Shown here one piece after another: positions 1-8,971 of a stretch of DNA of 46,301 bases. This DNA comes from Candidatus Desantisbacteria bacterium CG1_02_49_89 (GTDB lineage Bacteria; Desantisbacteria; UBA1551). Under the pieces are notes generated by a model. The model did no database searches, was not told where the DNA came from, and saw nothing but the letters and a program-made list of their open reading frames with translations. The stretch's first letter is position 1. Every line of letters begins with the position of its first letter. Both the position numbers and the translations under genes were made by a program. The stretch is from positions 1 through 46,301 of the forward strand of contig MNUP01000051.1 in NCBI GenBank assembly GCA_001871075.1. The letters are read 5' to 3'.

Positions 1-218
1 GCCAGCCTAAGGGCCAGGAAACGCTCCCGCCATAACTGGACGGTGGGGCGTGAAACACCCAGGCGTCTGGCTATGTCGTGATTGAAAACACCCTGTGAGG
101 CTAACTTAATAATCTGCGCACGCTGCACCAGACGCAACGGAAAGATTCTTCCTTTTACCCAGCAACCGATGGCCGCTTCTTCCTGCGGCGTAAGCACGAT
201 TCGTTCTGATATGTTCAT
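1..218 (-). CDS. IS630-family transposase, N-terminal HTH (partial)
   Basis: Manual translation from the ATG at 218: MNISERIVLTPQEEAAIGCWVKGRIFPLRLVQRAQIIKLASQGVFNHDIARRLGVSRPTVQLWRERFLALRLA. The RAQII...IARRLGVS..TV..WR.RF pattern is typical of IS630 HTH. Not in the supplied ORF track. Confidence 0.8.
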   Translation of the reverse strand, partial: MNISERIVLTPQEEAAIGCWVKGRIFPLRLVQRAQIIKLASQGVFNHDIARRLGVSRPTVQLWRERFLALRL

Positions 219-224
219 GCATAT

Positions 225-253
225 ATTATACCATATAAATATCCAAATGTCAA
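225..253 (-). promoter_or_regulatory. sigma70 promoter of the transposase
   Basis: TTGACA-17 nt-TATAAT, perfect consensus. Confidence 0.75.
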
Positions 254-358
254 GTAATTAATGCGACACCATACTAGATCTACTTCTTCCAACATAAATT
301 TTCTAGTAACAGAATCTAAATTTTCAAAGTTAAATAGCATTTTACCTCCCTTCATAAT

Positions 359-1138
359 TTATTTTATTCTTTTTTGAGCAGCTTCGATATATTTTGTTTC
401 CTTTTCAATGCCAATCCATTGTCTTCCCAATCTTTTTGCTATTGCCGTAGTTGTTCCGCTACCTAAAAATGGATCAAGCACAAGATCACCCTTATTTGAT
501 GATGCAATAATAATCCTTTTTAACATCTCTTCAGGTTTTTGTGTTGGATGAAGAGCACGACCATTTGTACTTCTTAATCTTTCCTTCCCTTGAACTAAAG
601 GCATAAGCCAAACGTCTCTCATTTGTTTTAAAGAACCGTCTTTTTGCCTTTCAGGATTAATCTTTTTCAATTCATCATAATTAAAAACCCACTTTTTTCC
701 TTTAACCCCCCACACAACAAATTCAACAGAATGAGTAAAAACCCTTTTTGTCATGTTAGGCATTGAATTTGTTTTTTGCCAAACAATGACATTATTAATT
801 TTAAATTTGTATTTCCTCAAAGCTGACATTACTTCTGCCAAATTATGATAAGTACAGGAAATATAAATTGAACCATTTTCTTTCAGGACATCATGACAGG
901 CTTTAATCCACTTGTTCGTAAATTGAACATATTTTTTATCTGACATTTTATCCCATTCTTCATTGACCATATACCAATCTCCGCCGGTTTGATTTCCCTT
1001 CCATTGTAAACCACCACCGGAAAGATTATAGGGAGGATCGGCAAATATTAGATTGATTGACTTTTTGTCAATTTTTTTACTTAAAATATCTATACAATTA
1101 CCTTTGTGAATTATATTTTTTCTCATTTTATTATGCAA
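359..1138 (-). CDS. Site-specific DNA methyltransferase, N6/N4 beta class
   Basis: Catalytic DPPY near the N-terminus, HPTQKP, and SAM-binding DPFLGSGTT near the C-terminus. Confidence 0.92.
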   Translation of the reverse strand: MHNKMRKNIIHKGNCIDILSKKIDKKSINLIFADPPYNLSGGGLQWKGNQTGGDWYMVNEEWDKMSDKKYVQFTNKWIKACHDVLKENGSIYISCTYHNLAEVMSALRKYKFKINNVIVWQKTNSMPNMTKRVFTHSVEFVVWGVKGKKWVFNYDELKKINPERQKDGSLKQMRDVWLMPLVQGKERLRSTNGRALHPTQKPEEMLKRIIIASSNKGDLVLDPFLGSGTTTAIAKRLGRQWIGIEKETKYIEAAQKRIK

Positions 1139-2948
1139 TTAGATTTTTCTGCCACACAGAAATAATATTTGGAATTTTTTCTATCCATTTATTAACATCA
1201 CTCACTTTTTCGGAAACAGACAATATATTATTATATAATCCAATCAGTTCTGAATGTGGTAAAAACCTTCCCTTCTGTTTCATTATGACAAGGGTTTTTA
1301 GCAATTCAATGAAATTCTGTATTGATAAAGGTATGATCCTTTGTGGTTTACCTTCATATTCATATTTAACTGAAAACCAAAATGTATTTAATGTATCTCT
1401 ATGCAAAGACGGGGCAATAAAAAGGCAATAGGCGTTCTTGCTTTTATTCTTTTCTTCGAAATCTCTTAAATGCCTCATTATCGGTTGCCCTTCGCAATAC
1501 CATTGGTCCCTGCTAGTTAGCATCGTCACTTCACAAATAGCATTGAAAGAATTGTAATAGCATTCTATGTCCGGCTTACCTGCTGGAGCAGTAAAGGTTG
1601 GTTCATTGTCATCTCCAACCGGATAATTTGGTTGAATTTTTAGTGCGTCATTCAAAGCATGAAGTGCTAATGCGGTATATTTTTCTAATGCAAGCGGCTT
1701 ATCTTCTTCTTTATAAATATTTTGCAGGATTTCAATATATTTAGAAATTGCCGTGATATTTTGAGAGCTTACACGATTTTCTTGCTCCTGTAAATATCTT
1801 CTATATTCTCTGAGTTTTTCAATAAGCTCCTTTAATTTATTTTCGTCAAAGTTCTTATAATTAGGGATATCTTTTTCCGGTGCAGATAGCTTCTTTTCGT
1901 AGCTATGCGTATCTGTTACAAGCTCATCCAAGATCTCTTTAAGTTTCTCCTTTGTTTCCCAGGGAAGTTTTGGTTCACTAATATTCGCAATATATTCTAA
2001 ATATTCATCTTTTGTAATAAATGATATGGATTTCCCGCTATCAAAAGCTAATAAGTTTTTAATTTCTACTTGCCTTCTTTGTTCTAAATCTATATAAAAT
2101 CCATTCCCTCTTATACAAATATAACGCGTTAATCTAAAATACCGGATAGCATTATCTCCATAGTCATCAAGGTTATTGAGTAATTTTTCAATCTCTTTAC
2201 GCTTTTTTGTTTTTAGAAATTCTTGAACAAATTGTTTTTTATAACCTTCGAATATCCATCTTTGTTCCCGCTTATTTTTTCCTTTTAGTTTAGCCCTTAA
2301 TTTTAAAATTTCAGCAGCATAATCCTCAATATTCCTGTAATTTATCAGAGTCGGTGCAAAAAGGGAAAATTCATGCTTACTAATACCCTTTGGTTCTTCG
2401 CCATTTTTTATAGCTTTTTGATTGACAGCATGTATTAAATGAAGGGTACCGATAAATGGTTTTATATCGTAACCGACACCTTCTTTGTAATCATCATTAT
2501 CAGGATTTGGGATCTGCCATTTGATAAAACTCTTAAAAAATATTTCACCAAGGTCATAATCGTCTTTTAATAATAAATGCCCCAATCCTGTAATAAAAAC
2601 CTTTCCTTCTTTTATGGATACAAGGCCTAATTTTTTGAGAGGATTAATAGACTGTCGTCCTCTCATGGCTGGATCTTCGTAGCCCTTTAAATCAAATATT
2701 TCCTTAGCTTCTTTAAAACTAATTTCCTTGTTTATATTATCTATAAGATTAACAAACCTTGATGGAAGACCATTATAAAACTGTTTGACACCGTAACCAT
2801 AAATTCTTTCTTTAATCAATAAAATTTGATATTTCTTCTGTGTTTCAGCATTCCATTCTTCACCTTCAATATTTTTCAAGACTATTAAAAAATTTCTAAG
2901 CCTTTCAGGATTTCTAAGCGTTGTTGTTACTGACCATGGTTTTTTCAT
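1131..2948 (-). CDS. AlwI-family type IIS restriction endonuclease or nickase
   Basis: 605 aa with N-terminal WSVTTTLRNPER and C-terminal PD...EVT and EGQPIMRH. Flanked by two MTases. Confidence 0.82.
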   Translation of the reverse strand: MKKPWSVTTTLRNPERLRNFLIVLKNIEGEEWNAETQKKYQILLIKERIYGYGVKQFYNGLPSRFVNLIDNINKEISFKEAKEIFDLKGYEDPAMRGRQSINPLKKLGLVSIKEGKVFITGLGHLLLKDDYDLGEIFFKSFIKWQIPNPDNDDYKEGVGYDIKPFIGTLHLIHAVNQKAIKNGEEPKGISKHEFSLFAPTLINYRNIEDYAAEILKLRAKLKGKNKREQRWIFEGYKKQFVQEFLKTKKRKEIEKLLNNLDDYGDNAIRYFRLTRYICIRGNGFYIDLEQRRQVEIKNLLAFDSGKSISFITKDEYLEYIANISEPKLPWETKEKLKEILDELVTDTHSYEKKLSAPEKDIPNYKNFDENKLKELIEKLREYRRYLQEQENRVSSQNITAISKYIEILQNIYKEEDKPLALEKYTALALHALNDALKIQPNYPVGDDNEPTFTAPAGKPDIECYYNSFNAICEVTMLTSRDQWYCEGQPIMRHLRDFEEKNKSKNAYCLFIAPSLHRDTLNTFWFSVKYEYEGKPQRIIPLSIQNFIELLKTLVIMKQKGRFLPHSELIGLYNNILSVSEKVSDVNKWIEKIPNIISVWQKNLIA

Positions 2949-2950
2949 AT

Positions 2951-4153
2951 TTACTTCCTCACCTTACAATAAAAAACTCTTTCGGTGTGACCATTTGTTA
3001 TACTTTTACCGGTTGTAAAAGCCTTATAATGCTGCTCAAAAATTTCTACTTCGCCCTTATCCTTTAAAATATTTATTATCTCATTATCTTTTATCCTTGC
3101 GTTGGAACGATTGTCTTTTGATTCTCCTGTATTGTTGTAAGAAACAAGGATGTGTTTGCATTTCGCTTTATGAATCAATTCAGAAAAAGATTTTGAGGCG
3201 TCTTTGAGGCAATATTTGCTTTTAAGGTTAGACCTGTCCATCTTTTTGGCTTTACCGACTAAATCCTGCTTATCCCAGACAATGAGATTTTCGAGCAGAT
3301 GATATGAATCACAATATTGTCGAGAGTTATATGGAGGATCTATATACAAGATATCTGGTTCTATATCATTGATAAGCACATTTGAATCCTTATTATAAAT
3401 TTCATTGTTTCGATTTTCGCTCTGTTTAATATCCAACGTGCGTAATTTTAGCGGAACCACCATATCCAATGTTTTGCGAAAGGCATCATAATGACCGCAG
3501 GTGTTTGCGACTTTATCGACCGCATATAACAAAGAAGTTAAAAGAATGCATTTTTCTTTGAAATTAAGTTTTAATTCCTCAATTTTTTCACGAATTGCCC
3601 CTATCTTCCGCGCATTTTCAACAGTAAAATACGTGCCTCCGTAATTGACTGAAAAATAGTTATCGTTATTTGTGGAAAGGGAATTAAGTAAATCTATGTA
3701 TTTTTCAATTTTTTCTCTGTCAAAATATTCCGGAGAAAGCCAGGCATAAAGTGAAACATAGTTGCTGTACAATATTTCATTGCTTATTATTTTTATATTC
3801 TTTGCATTAAAGTGTTCCCCTGTTACCCCTGTTCCTGCAAAAATATCACAGAAACTATTGTAAGGCTTACATCTTTTCTCAATTATTTCTTCAATCAAAG
3901 CTAATAATTTATATTTATTTCCGAGATATCTTCTGTTTTGGATTTGAATAACATTTTCTGTGTTATTATATTTATTTTTAACAGGAATTATCGAAGAATT
4001 CTTTTTAACAATTGAATGCCGAGGAGGTGTTGGCATATCATCAAATAATGATAATTGTGTTCCTGAAATTAAAGAACCCCAGGATATCTCTCCTATAAAA
4101 GGAAAAATGCTAAATTCATTGGAGTCGGTTTTAGGATACAGAACTTTTGCCAT
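2951..4153 (-). CDS. DNA adenine methyltransferase, D12/FokI-like alpha class
   Basis: RRYLGNK, DIFAGTG, YIDPPYN motifs. Confidence 0.9.
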   Translation of the reverse strand: MAKVLYPKTDSNEFSIFPFIGEISWGSLISGTQLSLFDDMPTPPRHSIVKKNSSIIPVKNKYNNTENVIQIQNRRYLGNKYKLLALIEEIIEKRCKPYNSFCDIFAGTGVTGEHFNAKNIKIISNEILYSNYVSLYAWLSPEYFDREKIEKYIDLLNSLSTNNDNYFSVNYGGTYFTVENARKIGAIREKIEELKLNFKEKCILLTSLLYAVDKVANTCGHYDAFRKTLDMVVPLKLRTLDIKQSENRNNEIYNKDSNVLINDIEPDILYIDPPYNSRQYCDSYHLLENLIVWDKQDLVGKAKKMDRSNLKSKYCLKDASKSFSELIHKAKCKHILVSYNNTGESKDNRSNARIKDNEIINILKDKGEVEIFEQHYKAFTTGKSITNGHTERVFYCKVRK

Positions 4154-4165
4154 ACCTGCTCCTTT

Positions 4166-4804
4166 CTATATTTTTCTTATTACTAGCTTAATTTTCCCCG
4201 CGACCCAGACTTGTTTGTCCGCAGGATTAACAAATATCGGCTGCATAGATTCGTTTGCGGGCTGAAGACGAAGCCTGCCGTCTTTTTCCTTATATAATCT
4301 TTTTACCGTGGCTTCTCCGTCTATGAGAATAACTACGGTATCACCATTATAATCGGGAACTTCTTGTTTGTGTACTATTACATAGTCGCCATTAAATATT
4401 CCGGCATCAATCATACTATTACCTTTAACACGCAGAGCAAAAACGTCCTGAGGATTCTTTACAAACGAATTATCAACCGCGAGACTGCCTTCGATGTTCT
4501 GCACGGCAAAAATCGGTTCACCTGCAGCAACCCTGCCGACAATAGGAATATTAACTGCAGAAACACCATTACCGTTTCCGTTGGTTTTTCCATTCGTAAG
4601 CCGAAGACTGCGGGATTTATGAGGATCGCGTTTGATATAACCCTTTCTTTCAAGGGCAAGTATATGGTCTTTGGAAGCATTGGGGGATTTAAAGGAGAAT
4701 TTCTTCTGGATGTCCAAATAAGAAGGCGCATAGCCACAATCTGTTGTGCTCTGCTCAATGAAGCCCAGGATTTCTTTTTGCCTTTTAGTTAGTTCGCCGT
4801 TCAT
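4166..4804 (-). CDS. lexA: Transcriptional repressor LexA
   Basis: LTKRQ..IL wHTH with SPNA recognition helix, VAAG cleavage site, catalytic GNSM (Ser) and TVKR (Lys). Confidence 0.95.
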   Translation of the reverse strand: MNGELTKRQKEILGFIEQSTTDCGYAPSYLDIQKKFSFKSPNASKDHILALERKGYIKRDPHKSRSLRLTNGKTNGNGNGVSAVNIPIVGRVAAGEPIFAVQNIEGSLAVDNSFVKNPQDVFALRVKGNSMIDAGIFNGDYVIVHKQEVPDYNGDTVVILIDGEATVKRLYKEKDGRLRLQPANESMQPIFVNPADKQVWVAGKIKLVIRKI

Positions 4805-4953
4805 TTAAACTCCTGATTGTGAGATAAATCGCTCTCCTAACTGACTGGCGGGCAGGCACCGCTACAAATGTCCCGATAAATCGGGACTGCTACTTTACGC
4901 AAAGCAAGCTCTGCCACTACTACAGAAAAGCCCTTATTTCCTTTACGTTATAT

Positions 4954-4982
4954 ATTATACTATAAATTTTTACAGTTGTCAA
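4954..4982 (-). promoter_or_regulatory. sigma70 promoter of the lexA-RM operon with an embedded SOS-box-like operator (4960-4975)
   Basis: TTGACA-17-TATAAT. The spacer contains CTGT-AAAAATTT-ATAG, one mismatch from CTGT-N8-ACAG. Confidence 0.7.
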
Positions 4983-5049
4983 GTAAAAAATGAAATTTCA
5001 TGCATTTTTGCAAAAATTATCTCTTCTTGACAAATGCAGGCAAAAAAAT

Positions 5050-5290
5050 AGATTGCTTCACTTTGTTCGCAATGACCCTACTACGCCAAGGCTTCGTAGG
5101 GCAGGCAAAAATCCCCCTCACCCTAACCCTCTCCCACTCTGGGGAGAGGGAAAATGCAGGGCACACACCACAAAACTGCTGCATGTCGGATAAATCCGAC
5201 CGCTACAAGGGCGGGCAAGGTCGCCCCTACGCGAAAATGTCGGACGAATCGGGCGTCATAAATGTCGCCCGTTGATGAATCAAGCCCCTT
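5050..5290. repeat. Cluster of unrelated REP-like palindromes
   Basis: Successive hairpins at 5051-5076, 5077-5105, 5113-5150, 5184-5207, 5209-5230 and 5250-5271. A relative lies at 4870-4893. Confidence 0.7.
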
Positions 5291-5298
5291 CAACTAAA

Positions 5299-5405
5299 AT
5301 TATGAATTATGATTTATACCCCGAGGGGCATTATGAATCAAAAGCAAGGATGTTTATTTAAATAAAATTTCTTCACTCATAACTCATAATTCATAACTCA
5401 TAATT
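5299..5405. repeat. Inverted heptamer arrays (TTATGAA ... CTCATAA) around an AT-rich core
   Basis: ttatgaa units ending in CAAAAGCAAGGA face (c/t)tcataa x4. The same end occurs reversed at 31888-31932. Confidence 0.8.
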
Positions 5406-5409
5406 GAAT

Positions 5410-8400
5410 TTATTGTATCACTATTTCCACTGCCGCGTTAGGGCCGGCATTGATGAAAGTGACCCCGTTGCCAGAGAGCTTGCGGAAACCTGTATCCGTG
5501 TAATTCTCCACCTGGGGCGCTTCAACCCCGTTTATCCTCACCGCCCTGACCGCAACGGTCTTGCTCACGGAAACATGCGCGTTCGCCGGCCCGTCCCCAA
5601 GGTCTATCCTTACGCCGTCAGCTATGGCCCCGAAACTTTTGATCCTGGCCTCGGTGCACACCAGGACTTTGCGGCCGTTGAACTGGAGCAGGGCTGAAGC
5701 GATCTCCGGGTTGTCATTCATTATCCTGATGTTCTTCGTGATATCCGACGGGTTTATGTCAGCCCCGCCGTAATTGTCATCCAGGATATTCCAGACGTCC
5801 GGGTAGCAGAACCACCTTCCCTTCTTGGGGTCGCCGTAATAAACCTGCTGCTGCATGCTGCACCTTGTTATGCCCTCGCCGATCTGCCGCCACGGCCTTG
5901 AGTTGTCGTATTTTGAAAGGTACAGAATGCCTCTCGCGTACCACATCCCGCACCACAGAACAGGCACCCCTGTCCATGACCCGTTGAACAGCGTTGAACC
6001 GATGATCGGTATCGTTGCGTAAGCCATTGCCTTCCTGTCAGGAGCGGTCCACAGGTATACGAAATTTATGCCTGTCCTCGCCCAGAACACCGCGTCGTCA
6101 AGGTAGGTTTTGTCGCCTGTAGCCCTGTACGCCAGGATAAAGCACTCCGGAAGCATTCCGGAAGGAAGGATGTCAGGCGCGTGCAAAGGTATTTCCCACA
6201 CCTGCGCTCCTTCAGGCCTTACGAAATTCTTCCTGACGTATTCAAGCCCCCTTATCCCGGATTCCAGGAATTCCGTGTCGCCGGTGTAAAGCGCGCCTTT
6301 AAGCACGTTGAGCAGTTCCCACGCGCTTATGCCGCACGCCTTGTCCCCCGGCTTGCCGTACCAGTCGAACGTGAACGCGTCCGGGTTGCCCACGAGCTTT
6401 CTTTTTTCTTCCTGCATCTTAAGCACGTTGGGGTCCTTGTAATACTTGATCGCGTTCGCGTTAGGCACGTAACCCCATGACCCGTCCGGATTCTGGCTTT
6501 TCATGGATTTCCTCGCCGATCCTGTCGCGCTTCCTATCTCCGCGCGAAGGCTGGGCCACACAATACCTGTTTTTTCGCCCATCCATTTAAGCTCTTCATC
6601 AAAAGACCTGCCTGCCGGCATGGGCGGGATACCGAAAAGGGCTATCCACTCGTCCTGCGCGTCCAGGATGTTCCCGGCAGCGCTGGCGAAAAGCGCTGCC
6701 TCAAGCCTCAGCCTGTTTCCCTTTTTCACCTTGAACGGCGCTGTCGAAACAAGTATGTTCGGTTTTCTTTTGTCAGCGTTGCTCATCGCGAACAGCCCCA
6801 TTGTGGTGTTGTCCTGTTTCTCGAACCTGTTCGGGCTGCCGAAATACGATCTGGGATACGATTCTCCGTCAGCCCAGGCCTGCACCTGGGACCAGAGAAT
6901 GCTGACAAGCCCAAGCGGCGTTTCCACAGCGATCAGCGGGACAGTCGGCATATACGCGGGCGGCGCGAACCGCAGGTCGTCCGGCGGTGAATGAAAAAGG
7001 TAGTTTGAGGACTGCTCCTCAGGCGTCAGGTACTCGACTCCGGAAAAAAGCGCCATCTTCCTCTGCGACCCGAAACCGCCTGTTCCAAGCGAAAGCCACG
7101 GTCCGCGGAAATGGAAAAATCCCGCGTCCCTGTCAGGTGAAACCGCGCTTACAAGCAGGACCTTGTCTTTGTCCGCCGGCGTTATCCTGTATTCGAATTT
7201 CCACAGCGTGCCGCCGTCATCCTTCAAAGCGGCTTCAAGCGCGAGCGCTTCCCCGTTAACGGTCGCTTTCTGGCTAAGGCCTGAAACGTATTCCATCCCG
7301 CCTTCTTTTGTTTCAACGATGGCGTAATGCGGCAGGCCCGTGACCCCGGCAAGCCCCCACCCGTCCCTTTTCAGATAAAGGAAACCGGGTCCGAACCCGT
7401 CCTTTGTTTTCGGGAAATAGAGCCGCAGCTTCGCGTTGGAGAAACAGGCGTAGTCCTGGGTGACGATCGCGCCGGCCGGGATCTCGTAGATCTTCGCTAT
7501 GTCCGGATATTTTTCAATGACAGGCACGTTTATTTTCGCCTTTACCGTTTTATAACCCGGTGCTGAAACCTGCACTGTTATCTTAAGGATCCCCGGCTTC
7601 GCCGCTTTCACGGTCCATTCAGACTTTTTAACCACAGTCGCCCTTATTTCCTCGTATTCAAAAGGCTTTGCGCCCGCGACCCCCGCATCCGCGCCTGAAA
7701 GCGTGACCTTCACCTTCTCAAGCGTTCCGCCCCCCGAGTTCGTTATTTCCGCGGTTATACCAACATCGTCTCCGGCAAGCGCTATGACCTTGTCGGCAAA
7801 AACCCTGTTAACCGCAAGCGCCGGGTCCAGCTCCCTTACCTCTATGTCGTCGATTATCCAGTCCGCGGTAACATTATCAGCCCCTTCTCCCGACATCCTC
7901 GGGGCAAGCACTATCGCCTGGTGCTGGTTCTTGAAATTGAACTTGAAGCTCGCCTTGTGCCATTTGCCGTCAGCGTCTGAAAGCGGTATGGTCACGCTCG
8001 CCCTGGGGTCCACCTCTGTGTTCTTCCAGGATATCGCGTAGAAGATCAGGTTCCCCTTTTTCACCTCGGAGTTTATCTTGTAGAAAAAGGATATGACCCC
8101 GTCGCTTATCATGGTTGGAAGGAAGTAATTTAGTATCGTTGACTTGCCCTGCGAGCTCAGTTTTATAGCGAACTTGCCCGAGTGCGCGTCGCTCACAACG
8201 CTGACCGCGTCCGAAGGGGACGCGCTCCAGCCCGGAGGCGCGTTCTCAGCCGGCACAGCCGGAAGGTCCGGGTTCTCCCCGGGAATTGTGCGCACCCTTT
8301 CCATGTCGCCGTCGTCAAACACGTTATCCCCCGCCATCCCGTACCCTCCGAGACCGCATATCATTACCAACGCCATACCGATACATAAAATCTTTTGCAT
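5410..8400 (-). CDS. Large secreted protein: CBM-like N-domain, CARDB/Ig-like domain and alpha/alpha-barrel C-domain (putative glycan-active)
   Basis: AAGGAG SD before MQKILC at 8400, signal peptide, WIIDDIEV CBM-like end, ITNSGG CARDB-like motif, QNPDGSW toroid repeat. Confidence 0.6.
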   Translation of the reverse strand: MQKILCIGMALVMICGLGGYGMAGDNVFDDGDMERVRTIPGENPDLPAVPAENAPPGWSASPSDAVSVVSDAHSGKFAIKLSSQGKSTILNYFLPTMISDGVISFFYKINSEVKKGNLIFYAISWKNTEVDPRASVTIPLSDADGKWHKASFKFNFKNQHQAIVLAPRMSGEGADNVTADWIIDDIEVRELDPALAVNRVFADKVIALAGDDVGITAEITNSGGGTLEKVKVTLSGADAGVAGAKPFEYEEIRATVVKKSEWTVKAAKPGILKITVQVSAPGYKTVKAKINVPVIEKYPDIAKIYEIPAGAIVTQDYACFSNAKLRLYFPKTKDGFGPGFLYLKRDGWGLAGVTGLPHYAIVETKEGGMEYVSGLSQKATVNGEALALEAALKDDGGTLWKFEYRITPADKDKVLLVSAVSPDRDAGFFHFRGPWLSLGTGGFGSQRKMALFSGVEYLTPEEQSSNYLFHSPPDDLRFAPPAYMPTVPLIAVETPLGLVSILWSQVQAWADGESYPRSYFGSPNRFEKQDNTTMGLFAMSNADKRKPNILVSTAPFKVKKGNRLRLEAALFASAAGNILDAQDEWIALFGIPPMPAGRSFDEELKWMGEKTGIVWPSLRAEIGSATGSARKSMKSQNPDGSWGYVPNANAIKYYKDPNVLKMQEEKRKLVGNPDAFTFDWYGKPGDKACGISAWELLNVLKGALYTGDTEFLESGIRGLEYVRKNFVRPEGAQVWEIPLHAPDILPSGMLPECFILAYRATGDKTYLDDAVFWARTGINFVYLWTAPDRKAMAYATIPIIGSTLFNGSWTGVPVLWCGMWYARGILYLSKYDNSRPWRQIGEGITRCSMQQQVYYGDPKKGRWFCYPDVWNILDDNYGGADINPSDITKNIRIMNDNPEIASALLQFNGRKVLVCTEARIKSFGAIADGVRIDLGDGPANAHVSVSKTVAVRAVRINGVEAPQVENYTDTGFRKLSGNGVTFINAGPNAAVEIVIQ

Positions 8401-8413
8401 CAACTCTCCTTTT

Positions 8414-8962
8414 ATCATCCCCACCTTACTCCTCCCCTGTCAAAGGGGAGGAAATATATGATAAATATCATATAAGAAAATTATCTCCTCTCCCCCCTTT
8501 GATTTAAGCTATTTCCATAATCTTCCTCCCCCTTAATGGGGGAGGATTGAGGTGGGGGTGAATGTAGTGGGAGAGGATTAAGGTGAGGGGACAATATTTT
8601 TAATCTTATTAATTCCAATACTCCCTCTGTGTTTTGAAAAACTTCATTGTCCCAGAATCTTAAAACCGTGAATCCCTGCCCCGTTAACCATTTATCCCGT
8701 TCTCTGTCTTTTACACTTTCGCTATGCTGGCTTCCATCCAATTCTACTATTACTTTTCTTTCAAAACAAACAAAATCAGCTACATATCTTCCTATTGGTG
8801 CTTGCCGGCGAAACTTGAGTCCTTCTATCTGCCGCCTTGCCAGATATTTCCATAAATGCCTTTCGGCATCAGTAGGATTATTTCTCAGGTTGCGAGAGAA
8901 AACCGCAATTTCTTTTTTCAATCATCCCCGCCTTAATCCTCCCCTATCAAAGGGGAGGAAAT
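8414..8962. mobile_element. DUF559 cassette bounded by 42-bp direct repeats
   Basis: 8414-8455 and 8921-8962 match at 39/42 positions. Nested inverted relatives lie at 8484-8591. Confidence 0.6.
8481..8921 (-). CDS. DUF559 / Vsr-like endonuclease domain protein
   Basis: LR.NPTDAE..LW, KFRRQAPIG.Y.ADF, ELDGSQH, RD..L...G..VLRF. Confidence 0.9.
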   Translation of the reverse strand: MKKEIAVFSRNLRNNPTDAERHLWKYLARRQIEGLKFRRQAPIGRYVADFVCFERKVIVELDGSQHSESVKDRERDKWLTGQGFTVLRFWDNEVFQNTEGVLELIRLKILSPHLNPLPLHSPPPQSSPIKGEEDYGNSLNQRGERR

Positions 8963-8971
8963 TTTGTGGAC

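Larger units (their letters stand above)
1..277 (-). mobile_element. Left end of an IS630-family insertion sequence, truncated by the window edge
   Basis: The minus strand reads CTAG-TATGGTGTCGCATT... from 277, followed by a promoter and an HTH transposase N-terminus. CTAG/TA is the typical IS630 target. The other end is outside the window. Confidence 0.7.
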
